Shown piece by piece: positions 1 through 7,890 of a stretch of DNA of 64,000 nucleotides. The notes under the pieces were generated by a model. That model had not been told where the DNA came from. It worked only from the letters and a program-made list of their open reading frames with translations, and did not search any database. The position numbers and the translations under genes were made by a program. The stretch is taken from NCBI GenBank assembly GCA_040390125.1, contig JAZJYZ010000001.1, positions 442,396 to 506,395 of the forward strand, read 5' to 3'. The stretch's first letter is position 1. Each line of letters starts with the position of its first letter. The stretch is from Patescibacteria group bacterium (GTDB taxonomy: Bacteria; Patescibacteriota; Minisyncoccia; Phycocordibacterales; Phycocordibacteraceae).

Positions 1-185
1 GTTTCTAACCACCCACTACTTTTCCCTGTTTTGGGAATATAGCCAACAAGTCCAGCCTCCCAAAGTGCGGAATAGAATTCAGGGTAGTTCTTCTTAAGCT
101 CTGATCTCGTTTCATTACGATGATGCAGGGTGTAGTGCAGTAACAGATTTTCTCCCCATGGTTGATTAGCTTTTTCTTTGTTCAC
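1..185 (-). CDS. Partial hypothetical protein running off the window start
   Basis: Manual translation of the minus strand gives an uninterrupted frame from GTG at 185 (VNKEKANQPWGENLLLHY...RSELKKNYPEFYSALWEAGL...) to position 1; not in the ORF track because it has no stop in the window. Confidence 0.45.
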   Translation of the reverse strand, partial: MNKEKANQPWGENLLLHYTLHHRNETRSELKKNYPEFYSALWEAGLVGYIPKTGKSSGWLE

Positions 186-289
186 TTTTGTACTAAAACA
201 CAAAATATCTGATATGTAAACATAACGCCGTGAGCGTAATATTAAGTGTTAAATTTTTATTGGAATTGATTTTTATTTTATGTTTTACC

Positions 290-320
290 CTAGCCCCTAA
301 ACACTAAACGCTATACACTA
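290..320 (+). promoter_or_regulatory. Heptamer-repeat-derived motif CTAGCCCCTAAACACTAAACGCTATACACTA ending in a putative -10 (TACACT) before cysS
   Basis: Near-identical 31-nt motif also precedes atpF (29091) and ychF (42384); ATG follows within about 6 nt. Confidence 0.55.
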
Positions 321-325
321 CTAGA

Positions 326-1795
326 ATGTTCGGATTTTTGAAAAAATCGAGTGAGCGACCGCAACTATTCCTCTACAGCACGCTCTCGAAAGTAAAAGAG
401 GAATTTAAACCGATAAGTGGAAAGAAAGTGAAGATGTATACCTGCGGGCCTACAGTGTATGACTATGCTCACATCGGTAATCTTCGCTCGTACGTATTTG
501 CCGACACGCTTCGTCGCACACTGGAATACAGAGGCTATGCGGTAAAGCAGATAATAAATATTACGGACTTTGGCCATTTAGTGAATGATGCAGACGATAC
601 TGAAGATAAGATGACGCTCGCTCTCAAGCGTGAAGGCAAGACATTGACGTTGGAGAACATGAAAATATTAGGTGAAGAGTACACTTCTTTTTTTATAGAA
701 GATGTAAAAACATTGAATATTGAATTGCCGTTCGCATTTCCACGGGCTTCTGAAAACATCCCTGAGCAGATTGCCTTTATTAAAAGTCTTTTTGAAAAAG
801 GGTATGCATATAAGACTTCAGACGGTATGTATTTTGATACCGCAAAATTTCCATCCTATGGAGCTTTAGGCGTATCTGTACCAGGAAGCACTCCATCTTC
901 TACATCTGGTGCACATGCACGGGTTGTGGCAAATCCTGAAAAGCACGACCAGCGAGATTTCGCACTTTGGAAGTTTGATACTTCGCTTGGATGGGAAGCG
1001 CCCTGGGGCAAAGGGTTTCCAGGGTGGCACATTGAATGTACTACCATGGCAACAAAGTATCTTGGAAAAAGTTTTGATATACATACTGGTGGCGTTGATC
1101 ACATTGCTATTCATCACAACAACGAAATTGCTCAAGCGGAGGCGGTATCGGGAAAGAAGTTTGTGAAGTATTGGATGCACGGTGAATTTATTACCATTGA
1201 AGGGAAACGTATCGGAAAGTCTGAAGGTAATGCGATCCGTCTCTATCAGCTCCGTGAGCGAGATATCAGCCCAATGGCGTATCGGTACCTTTTGCTTACG
1301 GTGCATTATCGTTCGCTTTTGAATTTCACTTGGGAAGCTGTGCTCGGGGCACAGACTGCACTTCAAAGAGCCCAACGCATGTTTGCTGATTTTCCCCTCA
1401 AGGGACACGTCGCACCTCTCTATCGTACAAAGTTTGAAATTGCGATTAATGATGATTTAAATATGCCAGTCGCAATTGCGGTGATGTGGGAGCTTTTGAA
1501 AGATGATTCAGTAACACCTGCAGATAAGCGAGCGACTATTCTTGATTTTGATAAGGTGCTTGGTTTAGGTTTTGGGACAGCGTCATCGAAAGAAGGCTCT
1601 AAAATCTCAGTAACCGAAATTTCTGATGTCCCGGATGATATATCTTCTCTGATTCGTGAACGTGAAGAGGCGAGAGGGGTAAAGGATTGGGTTCGTGCTG
1701 ATGAATTGCGTCAGACGTTAGCATCTCAAGGGTTTACTGTCGAAGATGGCCCCGAGGGACCTGTTGTTAGGAAAAGCAGTTCAGTGGACAGTTGA
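326..1795 (+). CDS. cysS: Cysteine--tRNA ligase
   Basis: CGPTVY, HIGN, DFALWK, GFPGWHIEC, DIHTGGVDH motifs; KMSKS appears as RIGKS. Confidence 0.97.
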   Translation: MFGFLKKSSERPQLFLYSTLSKVKEEFKPISGKKVKMYTCGPTVYDYAHIGNLRSYVFADTLRRTLEYRGYAVKQIINITDFGHLVNDADDTEDKMTLALKREGKTLTLENMKILGEEYTSFFIEDVKTLNIELPFAFPRASENIPEQIAFIKSLFEKGYAYKTSDGMYFDTAKFPSYGALGVSVPGSTPSSTSGAHARVVANPEKHDQRDFALWKFDTSLGWEAPWGKGFPGWHIECTTMATKYLGKSFDIHTGGVDHIAIHHNNEIAQAEAVSGKKFVKYWMHGEFITIEGKRIGKSEGNAIRLYQLRERDISPMAYRYLLLTVHYRSLLNFTWEAVLGAQTALQRAQRMFADFPLKGHVAPLYRTKFEIAINDDLNMPVAIAVMWELLKDDSVTPADKRATILDFDKVLGLGFGTASSKEGSKISVTEISDVPDDISSLIREREEARGVKDWVRADELRQTLASQGFTVEDGPEGPVVRKSSSVDS

Positions 1796-1820
1796 CCCCT
1801 GGTCAGATCCGCAGGGATCA
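1789..1820 (-). repeat. 32-nt double-hairpin mini-element, copy 1
   Basis: Reverse complement TGATCCCTGCGGATCTGACCAGGGGTCAACTG aligns without gaps to 27404-27435 and 29591-29622. Confidence 0.7.
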
Positions 1821-1913
1821 TATAGTGGACAGTTCTCCTGCTGTACACTGTCCACTAAACACTATTCACTTCTCCCGTGGTATTCTGGCGCTATTACCCA
1901 TACGTATATTTAT

Positions 1914-2441
1914 ATGAACAGGAAAAATATTAATATCATTATCATATTGGCACTCGCAGTTGTTGCCATTTTCATAGGATTGGGATTCATGGGTTTTGGT
2001 GGGCTTGGTAACACTACGCCTACAGAAACTTCGGTAGGAGGAGTGCAGGCAATATTGAATGAAATTCAGAGCACGGGAACCGTTGCTGATCTTCGTGTAG
2101 AGGAAATTACTCTTGGCACTGGAGATGCCGTTGCCGTTGGCGATACGCTTACTGTTCGATACATCGGTGTTTTACCAGACGGAACGGTGTTTGATTCGAC
2201 TGATGCACATGGAGGTGTGCCGTACACGTTCACCATCGGTGAAGGTAACGTAATTCAGGCCTGGGACATGGGTTTGATTGGGATGAAAGAAGGAGGTAGA
2301 CGCCTTCTTGCTGTACCACCAGCTTTAGGTTACGGCGCAGAGCCGTTTGGGCAGATTCCTGCAAATGCCACATTGATTTTTGACGTTGAACTTCTGACAC
2401 GAGTGCCGGCAGGTACTCCGCTTCCATCTCCGATGCTCTGA
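1914..2441 (+). CDS. FKBP-type peptidyl-prolyl isomerase with N-terminal membrane anchor
   Basis: YIGVLPDGTVFDS, VIQAWDMGLIGMKEGGRR, GYG, IPANATLIFDVEL; start reassigned to ATG 1914 (MNRKN + hydrophobic helix). Confidence 0.92.
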   Translation: MNRKNINIIIILALAVVAIFIGLGFMGFGGLGNTTPTETSVGGVQAILNEIQSTGTVADLRVEEITLGTGDAVAVGDTLTVRYIGVLPDGTVFDSTDAHGGVPYTFTIGEGNVIQAWDMGLIGMKEGGRRLLAVPPALGYGAEPFGQIPANATLIFDVELLTRVPAGTPLPSPML

Positions 2442-2448
2442 GTTAGGG

Positions 2449-3687
2449 ATGTCCGAAAACGTTTCCTCGTTTAAAGTTGAACATGCGCTCCCACATGGGG
2501 CGCGTGTTGGCGTTGTGAATACACCACATGGTTCTTTCAAGACTCCTGCATTTGTTGCAGTTGGAACTAAAGGTACAGTGAAAGCGGTACTACCGGATGA
2601 TTTAAAGAAGAGTGCTGGTGTAGAAGTAGCTCTTGCAAATACGTATCATCTTTTTCTTCAGCCGGGCGAGGAGACGATAGCAGAAGCTGGAGGTTTGCAT
2701 TCGTTCATGGGATGGGATGGGCCTTTGTTTACTGATTCAGGGGGGTTTCAAGTTTTTTCACTTGGTGTTGGCTTTGGGAAAGGTGTTTCAAAATTTCACC
2801 CCAGCACGGAAGATGTTGGGTTTCGTAAACCCAACATTCCGGCAGTGTATGACGAGGATGTACGCTCACAGCATGGGAAGTTGGCAATCGTGGACGATGA
2901 GGGGGTTTCTTTTACTTCCCACATTGATGGAACACTGTATCGATTTACACCTGAACGCTCGGTTGAGATTCAACATAAGCTTGGTGCTGACATCTTTTTT
3001 GCGTTTGATGACTTTGTGTTGCCGGATGCTCCTCGAGAGGAGCAAGTTACTTCAATGAGACGAACTCACCGATGGGCAGAGCGTTCGCTTACGACTCATC
3101 GTGCCAATCTCAAAGCTCGAAGCTCCCAAGCTATCTTTGGTATCGTGCAGGGTGGCAGGTACGCTGACCTTCGAGCAGAGAGTGCAAAAATAATTGGAGA
3201 GATGGAATTTGATGGTTTCGGTATTGGCGGTACATTTTCAAAAGCAGATTTAGGAGAAACGCTCGATTCAGCTGTCCGTAATCTTCCACCCGAAAAACCA
3301 CGACATTTGCTTGGAATTGGCGAACCCGAAGATATTTTTGAAGCAGTTGCACATGGGATTGATTCGTTCGACTGCGTTCAGCCAACCCGACTTGCCCGAA
3401 CGGGAATGATTTATACGGCCCGTGGAAAGATAAATCTTTTGAATGAAAAATATATTCGTGATTTTTCTCCGCTGGATACTGAGACAGGAGGCTATGCATC
3501 TGAGCATTTTTCTAGAAGCTACGTTGCACATCTCTTCCGTGCCAAAGAAATGCTGGGTGCCACCATAGCTTCAATTCATAATTTATATTTCCTCACGTCC
3601 TTAATGAAAAATATACGCAATTCCATACTTGAAGATAGATTTGATGTTTTCCGTAGAGCATTTTTGAAAAAATACTCTTCGCAGTAG
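2449..3687 (+). CDS. tgt: tRNA-guanine transglycosylase
   Basis: TPAFVAVGT, LANTYHL, TDSGGFQVFSL, GIVQGG, PRHLLGIG, DSFDCVQPTR. Confidence 0.93.
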   Translation: MSENVSSFKVEHALPHGARVGVVNTPHGSFKTPAFVAVGTKGTVKAVLPDDLKKSAGVEVALANTYHLFLQPGEETIAEAGGLHSFMGWDGPLFTDSGGFQVFSLGVGFGKGVSKFHPSTEDVGFRKPNIPAVYDEDVRSQHGKLAIVDDEGVSFTSHIDGTLYRFTPERSVEIQHKLGADIFFAFDDFVLPDAPREEQVTSMRRTHRWAERSLTTHRANLKARSSQAIFGIVQGGRYADLRAESAKIIGEMEFDGFGIGGTFSKADLGETLDSAVRNLPPEKPRHLLGIGEPEDIFEAVAHGIDSFDCVQPTRLARTGMIYTARGKINLLNEKYIRDFSPLDTETGGYASEHFSRSYVAHLFRAKEMLGATIASIHNLYFLTSLMKNIRNSILEDRFDVFRRAFLKKYSSQ

Positions 3688-3728
3688 CGAATATTGGCAT
3701 TATTTTTATTTAATGCTTTAATTAAAAA

Positions 3729-3908
3729 ATGAGTGAAATATCAACTCCACACACATGCGATGGAAGAGGGGGCGTGAGGTTGTCACCCGAAGCTGGTGGC
3801 TGGCATTCTGTCGAACGTAAGTGTTTAGCCTGCATGATAGAGGCAATGTTTGATCCTTTGGGGGATGTTGTGCGTGGCATGTTTGGCTCTGCAAAGGTCA
3901 ATAAATAA
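3729..3908 (+). CDS. Orphan 59-aa microprotein with HxC...CxxC motif
   Basis: Manual translation MSEISTPHTCDGRGG...KCLACMIEAMFDPLGDVVRGMFGSAKVNK; fills the tgt-rarA gap, co-oriented. Confidence 0.5.
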   Translation: MSEISTPHTCDGRGGVRLSPEAGGWHSVERKCLACMIEAMFDPLGDVVRGMFGSAKVNK

Positions 3909-3992
3909 AACAATTGAGTGTCCGATTGCTTGTTCGGGAAAGGTCAAGAATTTGCCCTTTCCTCTCTCTTCGCTAGGTTGTAAGCTGATTAG

Positions 3993-5171
3993 GTGGGACC
4001 CATTCGACCTATTCAACAAGCTCAAGGCAAGCAAGCTCAGGGTGAACCTCTGGCGGTAAAAATTCGACCCAAAAATCTTGATGAATTCATTGGGCAGGAA
4101 CATCTAGTTGGCATTGGGAAGCCTCTTCGTGTTGCTATAGAGGGGAAGCATCGATTTTCTTTTGTACTCTGGGGTCCGCCAGGGGTAGGAAAAACAACAC
4201 TCGCACGGATTTATGCAGATTCGCTGGATGCTGTATTTTTTGAACTCTCTGCGGTGGCAGTAGGGAAGGAAGATATTAGAAAGGTGATTGCTACTGATAC
4301 AGGTGGAAAACCAAAGGTTTTATTTTTGGATGAAATACATAGATTTAATAAAGCACAGCAGGATTTTCTTTTACCTTTTGTAGAGAAGGGGGATTTAACA
4401 TTAATCGGAGCAACGACTGAAAACCCAAGCTTTGAAGTTATACCTGCACTTTTATCTCGTGCACGAGTATTTGTGTTGCAGTCCATCTCTGCAGAAAACA
4501 TGGGAAGAATAGTGGAACGTACAGGAGTGACGCTTGATTCCGAAGCGACTGAATGGGTTGTGGCGTATGCGAATGGTGATGCGCGCGCCGCCATCACTAT
4601 TGTTGAGAATACAGAACGCTTGTATGGAAAGGTCACGGCGAAAACCTTACAGGAATCATTGCAGTCGGGAAAGCTTCGGTATGACAAGAAGGGTGAAGAG
4701 CACTACGATACGATTTCTGCTTTTATAAAAAGCATGAGGGCATCCCAGCCGGATGCCGCTATGTACTACCTCGCACGGATGTTAGAGGGTGGGGAAGATC
4801 CGGTATTCATTGCACGGCGTATGGTGATATTCGCCTCAGAAGATATTGGCGTTGCTCAACCTACAGCACTTGTTGTGGCGAATGCGGTGTTTGATGCTGT
4901 TCGTTCCATTGGAATGCCTGAAGCCGAAATAAACCTTGCACACGGAGTCGCATATCTATCAAATTCAAAAAAAGACCGCTCTGCCTATGATGCTCTCCGT
5001 TTAGCCCAAGCGGATGTGCAGGCAACAGGTAATCTTCCTATCCCCATGAATGTCCGCAACGCTCCGACCAAGCTCTTGAAAGAGTTAGGCTACGGCAAGG
5101 AGTATGAAAAATATGACACAGAAAGTTATCTACCTGAGAAGCTAAAAAAGAAGAAATATTTTAATTCTTGA
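3993..5171 (+). CDS. rarA: Replication-associated recombination protein A (MgsA/RarA AAA+ ATPase)
   Basis: PLAVKIRP, WGPPGVGKTT, FLDEIHRFNKAQQD, GATTENPSF, HYDTISAFIKSMR, ASEDIG. Confidence 0.95.
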   Translation: MGPIRPIQQAQGKQAQGEPLAVKIRPKNLDEFIGQEHLVGIGKPLRVAIEGKHRFSFVLWGPPGVGKTTLARIYADSLDAVFFELSAVAVGKEDIRKVIATDTGGKPKVLFLDEIHRFNKAQQDFLLPFVEKGDLTLIGATTENPSFEVIPALLSRARVFVLQSISAENMGRIVERTGVTLDSEATEWVVAYANGDARAAITIVENTERLYGKVTAKTLQESLQSGKLRYDKKGEEHYDTISAFIKSMRASQPDAAMYYLARMLEGGEDPVFIARRMVIFASEDIGVAQPTALVVANAVFDAVRSIGMPEAEINLAHGVAYLSNSKKDRSAYDALRLAQADVQATGNLPIPMNVRNAPTKLLKELGYGKEYEKYDTESYLPEKLKKKKYFNS

Positions 5172-5195
5172 CAGATTTTTTTAGAGGAGTATTTT
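5168..5195 (+). promoter_or_regulatory. Putative sigma70 promoter (TTGACA-16-TATTTT) overlapping the rarA stop codon
   Basis: TTGACA 5168-5173 contains the TGA stop; ATG at 5202. Confidence 0.5.
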
Positions 5196-5201
5196 GAATA
5201 T

Positions 5202-5252
5202 ATGTCAGCGTCAGTTTGCAATTTCGCCCTTCTCGTCGTCAGCCTACGATAG
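5202..5252 (+). CDS. Putative leader peptide MSASVCNFALLVVSLR
   Basis: 16 codons, Leu/Val-rich 3' end, followed by a segment complementary to the downstream terminator stem. Confidence 0.45.
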   Translation: MSASVCNFALLVVSLR

Positions 5253-5283
5253 TACGGAGGGATTTACTTTACATTTAAAAAAT

Positions 5284-5311
5284 AAACCCCTCCGCAAAAC
5301 GGAGGGGTTTT
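5284..5311 (+). terminator. Intrinsic terminator (possible attenuator 3:4 stem)
   Basis: AAACCCCTCCG-CAAAA-CGGAGGGGTTT followed by T. Confidence 0.75.
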
Positions 5312-5323
5312 AAAAAATAAATT

Positions 5324-5467
5324 ATGTCTTTAGAAACATCGTCACCAATACCAGAAGTGCCACCTCATATTTGCCAATGGCAATCCGTCGGTTCTGATGA
5401 AACACATCAGTTGTATAAGTGCGTGTGGAATGGATGCACTAAAACTAAAAGAACACGAAAAATATAA
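5324..5467 (+). CDS. Orphan 47-aa microprotein with HxC...Cx4C motif
   Basis: Manual translation MSLETSSPIPEVPPHICQWQSVGSDETHQLYKCVWNGCTKTKRTRKI. Confidence 0.5.
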   Translation: MSLETSSPIPEVPPHICQWQSVGSDETHQLYKCVWNGCTKTKRTRKI

Positions 5468-5516
5468 GAATTGAAATGTCTACATCCGCAATAGGCGTTT
5501 GCTATAGTGTCCTCTC

Positions 5517-7601
5517 ATGAGTCTTTTCAAACTGAAATCAGAATATTCACCCGCAGGCGACCAGCCAAAAGCTATTGAAGCCTTGGTTAAGGGTGTGAAG
5601 AAAGGCGAGAAACATCAGACACTTTTAGGTGTTACGGGCTCTGGTAAAACATTTACAGTGGCGAATGTCATTAATCAAATTCAAAAGCCAACAATAGTTA
5701 TTGCACACAATAAAACACTTGCCGCACAGTTGACTCAAGAATATCGAGAATTTTTTCCTGAGAATGCGGTTCATTACTTCGTTTCGTATTACGACTACTA
5801 CCAGCCGGAGGCGTATATGCCGATGACTGATACGTATATCGAAAAAGAAGCGCAAATTAACGCTGAAATAGATCGCTTACGTCACGCCTCAACTCAAGCT
5901 CTGCTCACTCGTGACGACGTTATTATTGTTGCATCAGTTTCGGCTATTTACGGCCTTGGTTCTCCTGAAGAGTATGAAAAAGTTCACCGCAAAATCGCAG
6001 TGGGTGAGCAATTCGAGCGTGCGGAGTTTGTACGTGCCCTTATTGCATTGCAGTTTGAGCGCACCAATGCTGACCTCACTCCTGGCACGTTTCGAGCAGT
6101 TGGTGCAAATGTCGAGCTAATGCCGGTCAATGAAGTGGCGGTGTATCGCATACATCCCGAGCAAGGAAAAATTTCTCACATTAGTCGGTTGAACTCTGTA
6201 TCACGAGCTCTTATAGATGAGCCGAAAGAATTTTTTCTCTTTCCTGCAAAGCACTACGTTACGGATGAAGCAGATAGGGGAAGGGCGATGGCAGACATAC
6301 AAAAAGAACTTGATGCACGTCTTGTTGAATTAGAAGCCGAAGGAAAGATGCTTGAGGCCGAGCGCTTGCGTCGTCGTACCCGTTACGACCTAGCCCTCAT
6401 TCGTGAGATTGGCTATTGCAATGGTATTGAAAACTATTCTCGTCACTTTGATGGGCGGAGTGCAGGGGAGCCTCCGTATACGTTACTTTCGTATTTCCCA
6501 CGGAAAGCAGACGGGACTCCGGATTTCCTTACGGTGATTGATGAATCGCATGTGACCATTCCACAGTTAGGTGGCATGTATGCAGGAGATCAGTCACGAA
6601 AGAAAATGCTCGTGGACTATGGGTTCCGTTTGCCATCCGCCGCAGACAATCGTCCACTCAAATTTGATGAATTTGATAAAACGGTTGGGGAGAGAATTTA
6701 TACGAGTGCCACGCCGGGGCATTATGAGTTTGAGCATTCGGGAAAACCGATTGAACAAGTGATTCGCCCCACAGGGCTTATTGATCCGGAAATAATAATT
6801 CGACCAGTAACGGGGAGTAATTCTGCTGATAGCCAAGTTGTTGATTTCATACAGGAGACGGTCTCGGTAGTAAAAGGAGGAGGACGAGTACTCGTAACTA
6901 CATTGACTAAGAAAATGGCCGAAGATTTGTCTGAGTTTCTTAAAGAGAAAAATATCAAAGCCGAGTATATTCATAGCGATATAAAAACAATTGACCGCAT
7001 TACTATTCTTACCGAGTTTCGCAAGGGGACATTTGATTGTTTGGTGGGCGTAAACTTGTTGCGTGAAGGGTTGGACTTGCCGGAAGTCGAATTAGTGGGG
7101 ATTTTAGACGCAGATAAAGAAGGATTCTTGCGCTCCGACACCTCGCTTATTCAAACTATTGGCCGTGCCGCTCGTAACGTAAATGGTCGAGTTATTCTTT
7201 ATGCCGATGGCATGACTGGCTCTATGGAGCGTGCCATTGGTGAAACTAACCGTCGTCGTGCAGTACAGCTCGCCTACAACAAAAAGCACGGCATCACACC
7301 AAAAACCATTCATAAGACAATTAAAGATATTACGGAAACACTGCAGTCAGAGCGTTCTGCCGCCATTGATATGCTCTTAGCCGTAGACGAGGAGCGTACG
7401 CATGATCCAAAAACCCTGAAGATTCTCATTGCTGAAAAGCGTCAGCAGATGGAAGATGCTGTGGAAGTGCTTGATTTTGAAACTGCCGCACTTTTGCGAG
7501 ATGAGGTCTATAAACTTGAAGAAAAACTACCAGTGCCGAAAAAGCCTAAGCGTAAACCTAAATGGCCTAAGAAGGGTATGGTGGTCGACCTAGAAGATTA
7601 A
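5517..7601 (+). CDS. uvrB: Excinuclease ABC subunit B
   Basis: GDQPKAI, GVTGSGKTFT, YFVSYYDYYQPEAY, DESH, GVNLLREGLDLPEV, C-terminal UVR coil. Confidence 0.98.
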   Translation: MSLFKLKSEYSPAGDQPKAIEALVKGVKKGEKHQTLLGVTGSGKTFTVANVINQIQKPTIVIAHNKTLAAQLTQEYREFFPENAVHYFVSYYDYYQPEAYMPMTDTYIEKEAQINAEIDRLRHASTQALLTRDDVIIVASVSAIYGLGSPEEYEKVHRKIAVGEQFERAEFVRALIALQFERTNADLTPGTFRAVGANVELMPVNEVAVYRIHPEQGKISHISRLNSVSRALIDEPKEFFLFPAKHYVTDEADRGRAMADIQKELDARLVELEAEGKMLEAERLRRRTRYDLALIREIGYCNGIENYSRHFDGRSAGEPPYTLLSYFPRKADGTPDFLTVIDESHVTIPQLGGMYAGDQSRKKMLVDYGFRLPSAADNRPLKFDEFDKTVGERIYTSATPGHYEFEHSGKPIEQVIRPTGLIDPEIIIRPVTGSNSADSQVVDFIQETVSVVKGGGRVLVTTLTKKMAEDLSEFLKEKNIKAEYIHSDIKTIDRITILTEFRKGTFDCLVGVNLLREGLDLPEVELVGILDADKEGFLRSDTSLIQTIGRAARNVNGRVILYADGMTGSMERAIGETNRRRAVQLAYNKKHGITPKTIHKTIKDITETLQSERSAAIDMLLAVDEERTHDPKTLKILIAEKRQQMEDAVEVLDFETAALLRDEVYKLEEKLPVPKKPKRKPKWPKKGMVVDLED

Positions 7602-7619
7602 AGGTGCTATAAAATTTCC

Positions 7620-7778
7620 ATGACTAACGAAGCACCGAAGACTCCTCCATCTCTTGTGGAGCGAGCCTCTAGAGCCGTTTCGCGTTTCCTCGATGAACTT
7701 TTAACACCTCACGCTGATGCTCCACCACCACGGAGACAGGGAACAAGAAGAAGAGATCGTGGCTTTGGCAACCTCTGA
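7620..7778 (+). CDS. Orphan 52-aa microprotein
   Basis: MTNEAPKTPPSLVERASRAVSRFLDELL...; preceded by extended -10-like TGCTATAAA. Confidence 0.45.
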   Translation: MTNEAPKTPPSLVERASRAVSRFLDELLTPHADAPPPRRQGTRRRDRGFGNL

Positions 7779-7890
7779 CGCCTCCATTGAAAAAAAGTTT
7801 TGTTTCAAGTGAACTGAATTCAGAGTTCGAATAAATCCAGCATTATGCTACTATCTGCCTGTACCGCCGAACCGGCGGTTATTCGTATAT

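Noticed and set aside
1746-1913. N-terminal extension of the FKBP ORF
   Set aside because: It overlaps the cysS end and repeat DNA; ATG 1914 gives a normal signal/anchor start.
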